A stretch of 52,480 bases of DNA, the filler included, from Squatina squatina (taxonomy: Eukaryota): NCBI GenBank assembly GCA_031763465.1. It is 3 parts of 3 records of this genome, joined end to end, with 100 filler letters (N's around TTAATTAATTAA, not from the genome) between each part and the next. Parts side by side here need not be neighbours in the genome. Positions count along the whole stretch, not along the records: positions 15,051 to 39,649 come from JARFOE010000189.1; 2 more parts are not named here. One strand, given 5' to 3'. The notes beneath the pieces were generated by a model. The model saw only the letters and a list, made by a program, of their open reading frames with translations, searched no databases and was not told where the DNA came from. Shown in pieces: positions 26,047-39,002 of this stretch (position 1 is its first letter; every line of letters starts with the position of its first letter). The position numbers and the translations under genes are program-made.

Positions 26047-26234
26047 TAGGGTGACCAAGATGTTGAAACCCAAAAACTGGGACAAAACTTACCTTCTGTT
26101 CTCTGCCGGCTCTGCCCATGTGCAGTATGGTCTCCAACAACTGAGCTCAGAAAAACGGGACATTTGAGCTATTTACAAAAAATTGTCAGGACACCGAGAC
26201 GTTCGGCAAAAACCCGTGACGTCTGGTCACCCTG
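26047..26234. mobile_element. 188-bp non-autonomous hAT-type MITE inside an L2 remnant
   Basis: TIRs TAGGGTGACCA / TGGTCACCCTG, flanked by a perfect 8-bp duplication GAGAGAGG (26039-26046 and 26235-26242). Confidence 0.85.
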
Positions 26235-26361
26235 GAGAGAGGTGGAGAGGGGGAATTCGAGCGTGTGGCCCAGGTAGCTGAAGGCACGGCCAATGGTGGA
26301 GTGAAGGAAGTAGGGGATGGGCAAGAGGCCAGAATTAGAGGAGCACAGAGATCTCAGTGGC

Positions 26362-26588
26362 GTAGGACTGGAGGAGGTTACAGAGATAGGGAGGGGTGTA
26401 GGACTGGAGGAGATTACAGAGATTGGGAGGGGTGTAGGGCTGGAGGAGGTTACAGAGAGAGTGAGGGGTGTAGGGCTGGAGGAGGTTACAGAGATAGGGA
26501 GGGGTGTAGGGCTGGAGGAGGTTACAGAGATAAAGAGGGGTGTAGGGCTGGAGGAGGTTACAGAGATGGGGAGGGTTGTAGGGCTGGA
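26362..26588. repeat. 36-bp minisatellite (6 or more copies) derived from an L2 tail
   Basis: gtagggctggaggaggttacagagatagggaggggt units; the same sequence is single-copy at about 19214-19249. Confidence 0.92.
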
Positions 26589-26688
26589 NNNNNNNNNNNN
26601 NNNNNNNNNNNNNNNNNNNNNNNNNNNNNNNNNNNNNNNNNNNNNNNNNNNNNNNNNNNNNNNNNNNNNNNNNNNNNNNNNNNNNNNN

Positions 26689-28153
26689 CCCTTGATTCCA
26701 TTCCACAGCACACTACTTGCCACTATCTCAGCATAACCCCAGCCCGACATGAGGTTGAAAAGGCCATCTGGCAGCTGAAAAAATATAAGGCCTCCGGCGC
26801 AGACGAAATCCCCGCCGAAATACTAAAATATGGCGGAGACACACTCTTGGCACGAATCCACGACTCCCTTATCTGGAAGGAGGAGAGCATGCCTCGGGAT
26901 CTCAGAGATGCCATAATCGCAACAATCTTCAAGAAAGGAGACAAGTCCGACTGCGGAAACTATAGATCCTGCTGTCCGCCACAGGGAAGGTCATCGCAAG
27001 AATCCTCCTCAAACATCTCCTCCCAGAGTCACAATGCGGATTCTGCCCGTCAAGAGGCACAATGGACATGATCTTCAGCACGCAACAAATCCAAGAAAAG
27101 TGCAGAAAACAGCATTCACCTCTGTACATGGCCTTCTTTGACCTCACAAATGCCTTTGACTCTGTCAACTAGGAGGGATTATGGAGGGTTCTTCTCAAAT
27201 TTGGCTGCCCACAAAAATTCGTCACCATCCTCCGCCTGCTCCATGATGACATGCAAGCTGTGATTCTCACCAACGGATCCACCACAGACCCAATACAAGT
27301 GCAAACTGGGGTCAAGCAAGGCTGCATCATCGCACCAATGCTCTTCTCCATCTTCCTCATCGTAACACTTCACCCCATCTCCACGAAGCTCTCCACTGGA
27401 GCGGTGCTAATCTACAAGCTGGAAATTGTTCAACCTCCGTTGTCTCCAGTCCAGAACCAAGACCACCCCAACCTCTGTCATCGAGTTGCAGTACACAGAT
27501 GACGCTTGCATGCTTGCTCGGAGGCTGAGCTCTAAACCATCGTCGATACATTCACTGAGGCGTACGAGAGAATGGACCATACACTAAACACCCGAAAGAC
27601 AAAGGTCCTTTACCAGCCTGCTCCCGCCACACAACACTGCCCCCCAACAATCAAGATCCACGTCAAGCCCCCGGACAACATGGATCACTTTCCAAACCTT
27701 GGGAGCCTCTTCTCAGCGATGAAATGCAACACCGCCTCCAGTGTACCAATATAGCCTTCAGCCACCTGAGGAAAAGAGTATTTGAAGATAAAGACCCCAA
27801 GCCCGGTACCAAGTTCATGGTCTACAAGGCATCAGTGATGACTGCCCACCTGTGTTCATCGGAGACATGGACAATGTACAGTAGACCCCTCAAAGCACTG
27901 GAGAAGTATCACCAACGCTGCCTCCGCAAAATCCTGCAAATCCACAGGATAGGCGTACCAATGTCAGCGTCCTCTCTCAGGCCAACATCCCCAGCATTGA
28001 GGCACTGGTCATGCTCAATCAGATGCGATGGGCAGGCCACAATGTCTGCATGCCTGATATAAGACTCCAGAAACAAGCACTCTACTCCGAGCTTCGTCAC
28101 GGCCAGTGACTACCAGGAGGGCAGAGGAAATACTTCAAGGGCGTCCTCAAAAC
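26689..28153 (+). mobile_element. RTE-clade LINE reverse transcriptase, frameshifted
   Basis: KASGADEIPAEILKYGG, IFKKGDKSDCGNYR, AFFDLTNAFDSV, GVKQGCIIAPMLFSIFL, ELQYTDD, LEKYHQRCLRKILQI. Confidence 0.88.
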
Positions 28154-28493
28154 NNNNNNNNNNNNNNNNNNNNNNNNNNNNNNNNNNNNNNNNNNNNNNN
28201 NNNNNNNNNNNNNNNNNNNNNNNNNNNNNNNNNNNNNNNNNNNNNNNNNNNNNCAGTCCCTTTGCCAGAACAGAGCAGGCTTACTGCATCTCCCAACTTT
28301 GTGCAAGAGGGGGAAAAAAACAGAGCCTCCTCACTCCCCCCTCCTCCCCCAGCACACGAGTGTCGGATTTTAGAATTCATTTGTTGGAGGAGACGAAGAG
28401 AGCACATTGAGTCCAGCAGAAGGACTGCATCCTTACACCGAGCTACAGCCAGGGCCCTCCTGTGTGTGAATTGTTTCCTCAATCCCAGGCACG

Positions 28494-28556
28494 ATGATAG
28501 CTGCACAGGTTTTGGCCTATTTCTTCACAGAATTAAAGGCTGATCAAGTGAAGAAG
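28494..28556 (+). CDS. HK1: Hexokinase 1, exon 1 (mitochondrial-binding peptide)
   Basis: MIAAQVLAYFFTELKADQVKK|gtaag (63 nt); resembles HK1 [21 protein letters not shown] rather than HKDC1. Confidence 0.9.
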
Positions 28557-29723
28557 GTAAGCCTCACTGTCACTGTGTTAGATATATCGTCTGTGCTTTT
28601 TTTACCCCTTGTATTTAATCAATTTGGGCAATGAGACCGATTTAATTCAAATGAAACATTAGTCGGGAACAATCGAGCTGCTCTGCGAAATGGAGTGTTG
28701 TATTTTGTTTGTCTGCTACCTGATCTATAAATATAAAGGATTTATAATGGCTTCCTTAATCTCTCACTGCAGTGTCCTTGAAACGAGCATGGTGGTGTCA
28801 TTCATCGAGTCCGAGGAGTGCTGCTTTCTATTTCTTATACCATCAGTGCTTTTTGTTTTATTTAATTTGGAGACTGATAATCAAGGATAATGTGTGTAAT
28901 GTCCTTTTTTTTTAAGTTTAAAACCTTCAGATGGCTTTCTCCATCTCCCCTTTCTTCATTTTATAAGTGCCCTGGACATGGGCCTTGCCAGGGTTCCTGT
29001 GCTGAGTTTCCCTGACACGCAGTACATCGGTTTCAGTAATTATGATTTTATTTTTTAAGGGTAAAATGTGGAAACTGGGTGTGAAAAACTTCTAATTGTT
29101 TGATCGAGGATTGCCTTAACCAAGTGCTTACAGTTAAAGTATAACAGGGAGTGTTACAAAGCAGTGACATGAGGTTCTCTGTAAACCAATTGTTACAACA
29201 AGAGACATTCCTGGAAAAGGTTACTGTATTTTCAAAAATATTTTGTACTGCTTTTCCCTGCTCCTTTTTAACAAACGGTGACCTCTATGCAGGATCTTAG
29301 CGATTATCTTTCAGTTGGGTCATTTCACCCCTCCCTACCCTTCAGGCCTAGCAGACTTTTTAAAAAAAACTATCGGACGTACTATTTCTGTGAAAAATAA
29401 CAGATGAATAAACCCATTTTCCACTGCCCTGTAGCCCACAGGTTATAATAAAATTTGTCCAAATCAGACTATTTTTAATAATTTTCATCCACAGTNNNNN
29501 NNNNNNNNNNNNNNNNNNNNNNNNNNNNNNNNNNNNNNNNNNNNNNNNNNNNNNNNNNNNNNNNNNNNNNNNNNNNNNNNNNNNNNNNNNNNNNNGCTGA
29601 CCCACTGATTTGGGGAATCATGGCATGATTTTATTTTGTATTGTTACATGTAGATAAGTTGTGTGGATTGAATGAAGTGAATCTGATTATAAGTGCTGTT
29701 CCGTCCTGTATGTCTCGCCATGC

Positions 29724-29963
29724 CAGGGGCTGGGTTTTAATGGGGAAGGTGTGTTGGGAGCGGGAGGAGGGGCTCTGAAGCGGTCGGGAAAGCCGTGCTT
29801 TGCAGCGGATTGGCTACCCGCCCCCATGTCCCGCCTCCATTAAAACCGGAAGTGGACGGATTGGAGGCAGGTTCAGGGTTCAGGACGGGATTCAGATTTT
29901 TAACACTAACTTTCCACACGCCCCCAACCCACCTGTATTTTTTGCTTTAAAGTTCCCCCCCTA
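29724..29963. repeat. GC-rich interspersed repeat, possibly MITE-like
   Basis: Weak inverted ends (ggggctgggttttaa / ttaaagttcccccc); related sequence at about 32700-32800. Confidence 0.35.
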
Positions 29964-30333
29964 AGTGTTCGCTAGGAACGTATACAGTGAGATTGAAGAA
30001 ACACATGGATGGAAGACGCAACTATCTGTTTGGAATCACAAGGGAACACTATGGTTGCACCCTTGATCTGTGCAATCGTCCAAGTGGATATAGGGCAGTG
30101 TGAGTCAACTCCCAGAATCGTAAAATGCTCGGGTCGTATAAGGAAGTGACTTATGCCACCGAGTCCAAGAATGTATCGACAATGGATCCACATTTGTGAC
30201 ACTGGTAACATGATACAGCAACAGGCGATGCCACTGGACTAGCACACAACCTGGTTTTAATTCCTCTAGTTCAGTCAGTGTTCTCAGCTATGAAATAACT
30301 CTTGATAGAAAACTTCATTTTTCTTTTCAACAG

Positions 30334-30496
30334 ATTGACAAGTATCTCTATGCAGCCCGCCTCTCTGATGAAACACTGCTTGATGTTATGGCGCGGTTCA
30401 GGACCGAGATGGAAAAAGGACTAGGAAGGGACACGAATCCAACAGCATCGCTCAAAATGTTGCCCACCTTTGTTAGGTCAACTCCTGATGGAACAG
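30334..30496 (+). CDS. HK1: Hexokinase 1, exon 2
   Basis: [54 protein letters not shown]; 163 nt, cag/gtgag. Confidence 0.92.
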
Positions 30497-30698
30497 GTGA
30501 GATATTCTTTATACCAGGGGTTCTCCACTGGGGGGGTCCATGAGAAGGTTCGCCAACCAATCGGCGCGAGGAGAAGGTGGGACTCTCCCGACGCACGTNN
30601 NNNNNNNNNNNNNNNNNNNNNNNNNNNNNNNNNNNNNNNNNNNNNNNNNNNNNNNNNNNNNNNNNNNNNNNNNNNNNNNNNNNNNNNNNNNNNNNNNN

Positions 30699-30760
30699 CT
30701 CTGTCCTCTCCTGGTCGTCTCTGACCCACTCTGTCCTCTTCTGGTCGTCTCTGACCCAGT
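30699..30760. repeat. 30-bp tandem repeat, 2 copies at a gap edge
   Basis: ctctgtcctct(c/t)ctggtcgtctctgaccca twice. Confidence 0.75.
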
Positions 30761-31795
30761 CTGCCATCTCCTAATTGTTATATAATGCAAGTCTAAAAGT
30801 GTCTCTGCTGAGAGCGGTTCCTTGGGTCATTCTTCCAGGTAATAATCCGACATTATGTCAAAGATTATGTTCTCACTTCTAATCCACACTTTGTCGATTT
30901 CCCTGGGAAACCGGAGTCGCGTGTAACAACGGCCTCAGATCCTCTACATGCACTCCTTTATCGATGCCCAAGTTTGTGATCCAGTTCTTCCTCCTGACCC
31001 GATAGTCTGTAGTAGATGCCCAGAGTCAGCTGTCCTCCTCTCGTATCTCACATCCTTATCCAAGGCCCGTACGTACCCACAACCAGATTTAAAGGACGTT
31101 GATGAATGAGTTGGGTTTTTATGACAGTCGACAGCTTCATGATCACTTTTATTGGTAGCGAATTTTTATTCCCAGATTTAAAAAAAAACAGAATTCAAAT
31201 TCTCCAACTCCCATGATGAGGTTTGAACTCCCGTCCTCGGGACTACAACCACTGCCCTCCCACATGGGGATAAAGGAGCTGCTGCAGAACAGGAAATGCT
31301 CACGGGCCAGCTTTTCCCAACAGTAAGAAACTGACACCACTTCCCTTCTTCAGCAGCAGATTCCACAAACTCACAAACATCAAAGAGATGTCAATCAAAT
31401 CAATCTTCGAAATCTGCAATCATTTGCTGCAAAGAATCACTAACCTTGAACCTGAAATGCAGCTATCTTATGAACACTCAGGAGGCATGGCGTTTGCAGA
31501 CTACAGGGTGAGAACCTTGTTGGGTATGATTAGCGGAGCAGGCTCGAGGGGCCAAATGGCCAACTCCTGCTCCTATTTTGTGTGATATTCCACTGTGTTT
31601 CCTTCTAATACAACCAGCATGCTAAATTTGGTATTTTGAGAAAATCTAACCATGGATGCAGTTTTGATCTGCTGGGTTGGGTATTTCTGTCCTTTTAGCA
31701 AAATTGCAAATCTGAATATGTGCCTCCTGGGCTTAGTGTTTAGCAGACAGCCACCCTAATTAAACAACAGCTCTCTCTCCTGCTATTTACCACAG

Positions 31796-31944
31796 AGAAG
31801 GGAGACTTTCTTGCTCTGGATTTGGGAGGCTCCAACTTTCGCATTCTACGTGTGAAAGTGTCTCATGAGCGACAGCAGAAGGTGGAGATGGAATCCCAGA
31901 TCTACCCGACGCCAGAGGATATAATGCATGGCAGTGGCTCACGG
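31796..31944 (+). CDS. HK1: Hexokinase 1, exon 3
   Basis: (E)[49 protein letters not shown]; 149 nt. Confidence 0.92.
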
Positions 31945-33249
31945 GTACGGTTTATTTCATTCACTTGTATCAGTTTAAATTCTTTGAAAAGTTACTGTGC
32001 TTGAAGTAAAGAATGGAGAACCACAGAATAAGTTATCTTTAATCAGAATCTCACAGCCAATTAGAGGCAATTTGCCCGGCTTTGAAAGAGCTATCCACTT
32101 CATCCTATTCCCGTCCGCAAACCTCATGGAATTTTTCTTATTTACAATATTAAAAAATTTGAAATGATCTGGATGAATGCATAGCCATTCACTCCGACAC
32201 AATTCAGGTGACGTTAAAGTACAGGTTTCAAAGTACACGCATGCCCAGTGACGTGGCTACGTGTAAAGTGAGTGAATGGCGAAGAGGAGATTTAATGGAG
32301 ATTTTTAAAACTATAATAGAATGAATAGGGAGCCGCTGACGGGGGTGGGGTGGTCATCAGTTTAAGATTGTCAGAGAGAGGGAGGCCAGCAAGAATTCCT
32401 TTACACAGAGAGTTGTTGGGAGCATGGAACGCTTTGCCACAGGGAGTGATCGAGGCAGAGACCACTGCATCTTGTGAGTGAAAAGCGGATAAGTTTTTGA
32501 GGCTGATGAAGATACAGGAACATAGGGAAAGAGCGGGATTAGTTCTGGATTGTTCCGAGAAAGAGCCAGCACGGACACAATGGATCGAATGGCCTCCNNN
32601 NNNNNNNNNNNNNNNNNNNNNNNNNNNNNNNNNNNNNNNNNNNNNNNNNNNNNNNNNNNNNNNNNNNNNNNNNNNNNNNNNNNNNNNNNNNNNNNNNACA
32701 GGTGGGTTGGGCTCAGGTGAGATGTAAAAAAAAAATCAAAATCTCAAACCTGACCCCAGCAATGCCCCCAACACTTCCGGGTTTAACGGAGGCAAGACAT
32801 GAGGCGGGCTGGCCATTTAATATTATAATGAGGCCGTGTGCCTTGTATTTAACCTGCCTTCCAGGTTTAACCATGGCCAGCCGGGTTACCCGGGCCTCGG
32901 GAAACCCGCCAGGTAGAGGGACGAGGATAGCTTAGGAGAATGGGTAAATGTCTTTACATCACTGCTTGAGGGCTAGGAGGAGCAAGAGTGCTTTTTCCCC
33001 CCACCCCGGACCCCCAAGCTTAGCTTCTTCCCCGCCATCGGACCTCCCCATCCAAAGACCCCGCCCCGAATCCAACTGAGAAACATTGCCTCGACCCATA
33101 TCCGATTGGACTGCTGTATTAACATTCAACTTTAGATGCAACTTGATGGCTGTGTATGAGATAATAATAAAAAAAACTGTTGCCAAAATCACCAAGAGTA
33201 AGAAAGTGATTTCCTAACCTGGTATTTTGTGTTCCATTCTGTCCTGCAG

Positions 33250-33369
33250 CTTTTCGATCATGTCGCTGAGTGCCTGGGAGATTTCATGGAGAAACAGGAA
33301 ATAAAAGATAAAAAGCTTCCACTTGGCTTCACTTTTTCCTTTCCCTGCAGACAAACAAAACTGGATGAG
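33250..33369 (+). CDS. HK1: Hexokinase 1, exon 4
   Basis: [40 protein letters not shown]; 120 nt, cag/gtgag. Confidence 0.92.
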
Positions 33370-34556
33370 GTGAGAGCGAGCGGTTGAAGGCAGGAGCTAT
33401 TTAGCAAAGTGCACTGATCAAAGTGGAATCTAAGGTTGTGGAGTTTAGGTGAATGGTAGCTATCACCAGCTAGGTAGGTCAAGGAAAGGACTGTCTTATA
33501 ATAATCACAATAAGTAATTCCTCATCTCTCTGCTGAGTCATCTGTAAGTGGAAGGAAAGGGTTAATCAGACTGTCCTGAGGTCTGCCAATGTTCTACTGC
33601 TATTGATTTCTCTTTATGTTGCAGTAATAGTAATCTGTGGGTGAGGACGTATGGGTCAGTATAGATGCAGCGACCACCAAACTGTTGAATTAAGACTGAC
33701 GTTAAAGCCATGATCAGTTTGGACAATAAACCTAATTAAAAGATATTCCCGTGTATATACGTCAGAGAGCTTTGATTAGTTAATAACAAGTTCTTCAGGA
33801 AACATCTGCGATGGCATTATTCTTACCAGGAGCCGGAGATTGGTATGGAATGGGGAGTATTTACAATTCGAAGTTTCACTTGGTAGAATAGTAACAAGAG
33901 TGAAATGATTGACAACAAAGTAGTGGAGTTGTATCGATCGATAGATAAAGAACTCATTAAAAACAAAGTTATTGATGAGGGACANNNNNNNNNNNNNNNN
34001 NNNNNNNNNNNNNNNNNNNNNNNNNNNNNNNNNNNNNNNNNNNNNNNNNNNNNNNNNNNNNNNNNNNNNNNNNNNNNNNNNNNNTAACAACATGTGTATC
34101 GAGTGAAGCTGGCCAGGAGTAGACTGCATTGTACAAGACACAGATTCCTCCTCCTCACTTCAATGATGGTACTGTTCTTTCAGAAATAATTCACCCTATC
34201 TCTGGTGGTTGTTTCTTTTGGAAACATGTTGATACAAACGAACACACATATATCAGCAAGCACGGCAAAATTTCACTGGTCACACAAGCCCCATCATAAT
34301 CTCTCAAAGACCGCAGGTTCGAACAGTTAGTAACAGGAACCCTGGCTGATTATACCCACCCTGACAGAAATCAGCTAACTTAGCACAGAGCAGGAATTGC
34401 ATCAGGTAACTGTGTGGCTCACTAGCTCGCTGGCTTTACCAACTGAGGCCTCAGGGCAGCTCGAAACCTGTTTCTTATATTTGGGGTTGTTCAGTTGTTG
34501 TTCGAATTACATTCCAGTTGTGCGGAGGAGAATTCCTGTTCGATCTCTTTTTACAG

Positions 34557-34861
34557 ATTTGCCAGGCGCTTCCAGAAAACAGTGAGGCGCCTGGTTCCTG
34601 ACTGTGAGGTCCGATTCCTCCTTTCGGAGAGCGGCAGTGGGAAAGGTGCCGCCATGGTGACTGCTGTGGCCGCGAGGCTCGCATCACAGTGCAAGGAAAT
34701 AGACGAGACGCTAGCCTCGTTCACACTCACACAAGAGCAGCTGTTTGAGGTGAAGAAAAGGCTGAGGGTGGAGATGGAGCTGGGGCTACAGAAGAAAACT
34801 CATGATGCTGCAACTGTGAAAATGTTACCAACCTTTGTCCGTAGCACTCCGGATGGGACAG
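34557..34861 (+). CDS. HK1: Hexokinase 1, exon 10 (linker between the two halves)
   Basis: [41 protein letters not shown]...[15 protein letters not shown]; 305 nt. Confidence 0.92.
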
Positions 34862-35274
34862 GTACCCGAGTTATACCTTAACCTTTATTTTTGGTACTTA
34901 CTATAGACTAGACGAAGCACCTTAGAACGTTCTATGGTAAATGCACGATATAAACGCAAGTTGTAGACAGTGGAAGTATTAAATTACCCANNNNNNNNNN
35001 NNNNNNNNNNNNNNNNNNNNNNNNNNNNNNNNNNNNNNNNNNNNNNNNNNNNNNNNNNNNNNNNNNNNNNNNNNNNNNNNNNNNNNNNNNTTACACTTCA
35101 ACTGCCTTCATTGAGTCTTTATCTCGATTCTAGACTAACATCCTATTGGCTGGAGAAGGAAGCTGCACTCGGCGTGGTCTGAGGGGAGGGGGATACTGAA
35201 CAGAACTGCTTGTTGTGTGCCGATAATCTACAATCTAATAATCGGTTGATTTCAATTTTTCTTCTGATTTTCAG

Positions 35275-35394
35275 CTATTTGACCACATTGTTTCCTGCAT
35301 CTCCGACTTCCTCGATTACATGGGTATGAAAGGTGCGCGACTGCCTCTCGGATTCACATTTTCCTTCCCTTGTGAACAGAGGAGTTTAGATGAG
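35275..35394 (+). CDS. HK1: Hexokinase 1, exon 12 (GC donor)
   Basis: [40 protein letters not shown]|gcaag; 120 nt. Confidence 0.9.
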
Positions 35395-35536
35395 GCAAGC
35401 CCATTTATATATAAAACTTCAAAAATATTCTGTGCTGCTTGTTCGAACATAAAATTAATGAGTGTTGTTTATAACGGGTTTAAAGTGCTCACCAGACTGC
35501 CTGTGTAATTATTGGAGTGTTTGTTGTCTTGCTCAG

Positions 35537-35560
35537 GGGATTCTTCTTAAATGGACTAAA
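35537..35560 (+). CDS. HK1: Hexokinase 1, exon 13, first 8 codons only
   Basis: ctcag|GILLKWTK, after which the sequence switches to CR1. Confidence 0.8.
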
Positions 35561-35702
35561 AGCTGTCAAATCACCTGAAGCTGATGTCCTTCATTCTAGG
35601 GTTCCAAAAGAGGTGGATGCAGAGATAGTAGATGCATTGGTACTGATTTTACAAAATTCCCTAGGTTCTAGAACTATCTCAGTGGATTGGAAGGTAGCAA
35701 AT
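35550..35702 (+). mobile_element. CR1 ORF2 fragment
   Basis: GLKAVKSPEADVLHSRVPKEVDAEIVDALVLILQNSLGSRTISVDWKVAN resembles the CR1 KSPGPD..HPRVLKE..DWKVAN segment. Confidence 0.85.
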
Positions 35703-36782
35703 NNNNNNNNNNNNNNNNNNNNNNNNNNNNNNNNNNNNNNNNNNNNNNNNNNNNNNNNNNNNNNNNNNNNNNNNNNNNNNNNNNNNNNNNNNNNNNNNNN
35801 NNATTTAAATTGTAAACAGAATTTACAATATTTTATATTGTCTAAAATCCTTTTAATCCCATCATAACCTATGGACAAGACATTCCATTATTGTGAATAT
35901 GGTGAACTTCAATTTGGTAATACTATTACCAATTGTTTAATTATTTAAAATAATTTTCTTCATGACTTCTCAAAATAATTCTCCTAAGACTTTATTATTC
36001 CTCGGTGCTAGTCCTTTATAAAAGACAGTTATATATTTCAGTTCTCTATGGAGAAAGTACAGACTAACATGGATTGTTGGCACTTGGTGCTGTTCGTTGT
36101 CATGGGTTATTACACAAATAGAGGAAAATTCCCTCCATGCTCTATGTTAAACCTCTTCGTTTTAAAGGGTTTTCTGACTTTGTTGCACATAGTGCACAGA
36201 AAAAATCTTTTCCCATAAGCAACCCTATGAAACTCAGCTCATCCTTATGCAAAGTTTAATGCTACTTTATTTCTTAAGCCTTATATAGGTTTAGTTCAAT
36301 TCTAAACCAAATAGAAGTTCTCTATTTTCTAAAATGCGTGGTTGCAATAGTTTTGCTTTTTAAAAAATCCATTTTACTTTTACCACAGTGTTAACCATAC
36401 ATCGAGTTGGCCTAATTTCGGTCGAAGGTAACTTTACTCACTGTAAGAACTATTTAGACAAGGGAAAAAATCTCAACAAATAAGTTAATTCAGTTCATAA
36501 ATTTTCATGTTCTTGCTGTTAATCCTGGTTTGAAAGCGGAACGCAGTATTTCCAGTCAGATCTACATGAAGTGTTTCTCTATATAACAGACTGCTAGTCA
36601 AAAACACACATTTTTATTTTTTAATCTTTGCCTTCCAAATGCTTCTGTGTCCTCTGAACTCGAGGCAAAACTCTGAGTGAATTGCAGCATTCATTGTTTT
36701 ATTTTAATTTGAAACCACAATGCTGTTTGTGTGGTAACACTTTGATGCTGCAGCTTTTAATGTTGTTAATGTATCTGCGCAG

Positions 36783-36966
36783 GGACTGGCAGCAATACCT
36801 GTTACATGGAAGAGGCGGCAAACATAGAGACTGTGGAGGGAGACGAGGGGCTCATGTGCGTGAACATGGAGTGGGGAGCCTTTGGTGACAATGGATGCCT
36901 TGATGATATCTGCACGGAGTACGACAAGGCTGTGGATGACCTGTCGTTAAACCAAGGGAAACAAAA
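36783..36966 (+). CDS. HK1: Hexokinase 1, exon 15 (C-terminal catalytic half)
   Basis: (G)[60 protein letters not shown]; 184 nt. Confidence 0.9.
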
Positions 36967-38753
36967 GTGGGTTGATACACCAGTCTGAATCATTTTAGCT
37001 GGATTGGGGTNNNNNNNNNNNNNNNNNNNNNNNNNNNNNNNNNNNNNNNNNNNNNNNNNNNNNNNNNNNNNNNNNNNNNNNNNNNNNNNNNNNNNNNNNN
37101 NNNNNNNNNNATGCTTGCTGTCATCCAAATACACTAGCTTTTAAACCATCTGTTCACTCATTTTCCTAAGGCTGTTGAAGGAGATGAAACTGGAAATGAG
37201 TGCCACCTAACCTGCTTTGTTGTAACTGTACAACATTCTAAGTAACAAAGGTACTCTGGTTTACCTGTTGGTTATATAATTTGTGAAGTATTGTGTTGTG
37301 TCTTAACAAAGGTGTATATATATTTGGTAACTTAAAATTCCCCGAGAAATGAGAGCAGTTGCTACAATCTGAAATGCATTTTCAGGAAACGTTGCTAAGT
37401 GTTGTGTTACTTATTGCAGTCACCTCTTGTAGATGAGTATGTTGAGATTTGTGTAAAACGCATGCCTTGCTGATGTAGCAGAACTTTAATTTTATACACT
37501 CTAGTAGAGGCGCACATGTTTTAAGGTGATATTGTGAATACATTAAACTTAATCTGCCGTGCATCATCTCGAGCACTCTGACTTCTTTGGGAGGACATTA
37601 TGGGGTAACTTTTCAAGCCTCCTCACTGTGAGGAAGCTAACAGATATTGGAGACTGGTGAATGGGGTCCCGGGAGAGCTGGAAAAATATATTGGGGCTTG
37701 GACACCGTTAGAATGGGACTTGTTCAGTGCTATAATGGGGCTCACACAACTTCAACAATTAAAAGACCGTACTGGACAATCCAGGAGATTCGATTTCATT
37801 TAGCAGCCTCGATATGAAGGATCTTCTCTCAATTTTAGGGAAATGTGTTGAAAATATTTACATAGCACCCCCGAAATCTCAGCGTCTGACTGAAGCAAGT
37901 GGAACAGTGAGAGCACATTACCATTAGAAAACAAGAGTACATTTACCTTAATATCTGAGGAAGCTGTGGGCTCTTGTATATGTACTTGTGCCTGTAGCCA
38001 AGGTCTTTATGGAAGGGAATAAATTGCACTTTCTTACTACTCTGCGAGGATGCAATGTCATAAAGCTGTGGGGAAACAAAACAAGGTTTTAAAGGCTCAT
38101 GTATCTGAGAAAAATCATCACTTTCCAGGGCTTTTATCATTCCTCGAAGGAGGCCCATTCCCCAGACCAGGGCCCACAAAAGTGGTGTGTTGAGGATGCT
38201 GAATGAAGACGACTGTACTAGAGTGAAAATCAGCTCATAATGCCGTGGTATTAAAATTCATCCCAGTGTCTTATACAGAGATCAGATTTCCATACTCGCC
38301 CCTACCCCCTTGCCACTCCACTGAGCGTCCAGAAACATACAGCCTCTTGCGTGCATATCAACAACAAACCAAGACCATACAAAACTTATGTTATGTGTTT
38401 AAAGGATAAATATGAATCTCAGAGTGCAAGGCAACATCTTCTGCTCCAGAGACTGNNNNNNNNNNNNNNNNNNNNNNNNNNNNNNNNNNNNNNNNNNNNN
38501 NNNNNNNNNNNNNNNNNNNNNNNNNNNNNNNNNNNNNNNNNNNNNNNNNNNNNNNATCTTTGTTTTTAATTCCTTTATGGCCTTGATCCTCTCTTTCTCT
38601 AACCTTTTGGCGTGTGGAGAAGGTTTGCTCGAAGAGCCCCCCCAGACTATAGGAGAGGAATTAAAGTCTTCAATGAGCTTGCTTTTTATAGAGACGTATT
38701 GGAATAGAAATCAACATTATGAGTTCAATACAGTTTTACTTTTAAAGTGCTGA

Positions 38754-39002
<249 letters not shown>

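Noticed and set aside
26169-27071. Mucin-like and Gly/Arg-rich repeat ORFs
   Set aside because: Translations of the 36-bp minisatellite, joined through Ns to an RTE fragment.
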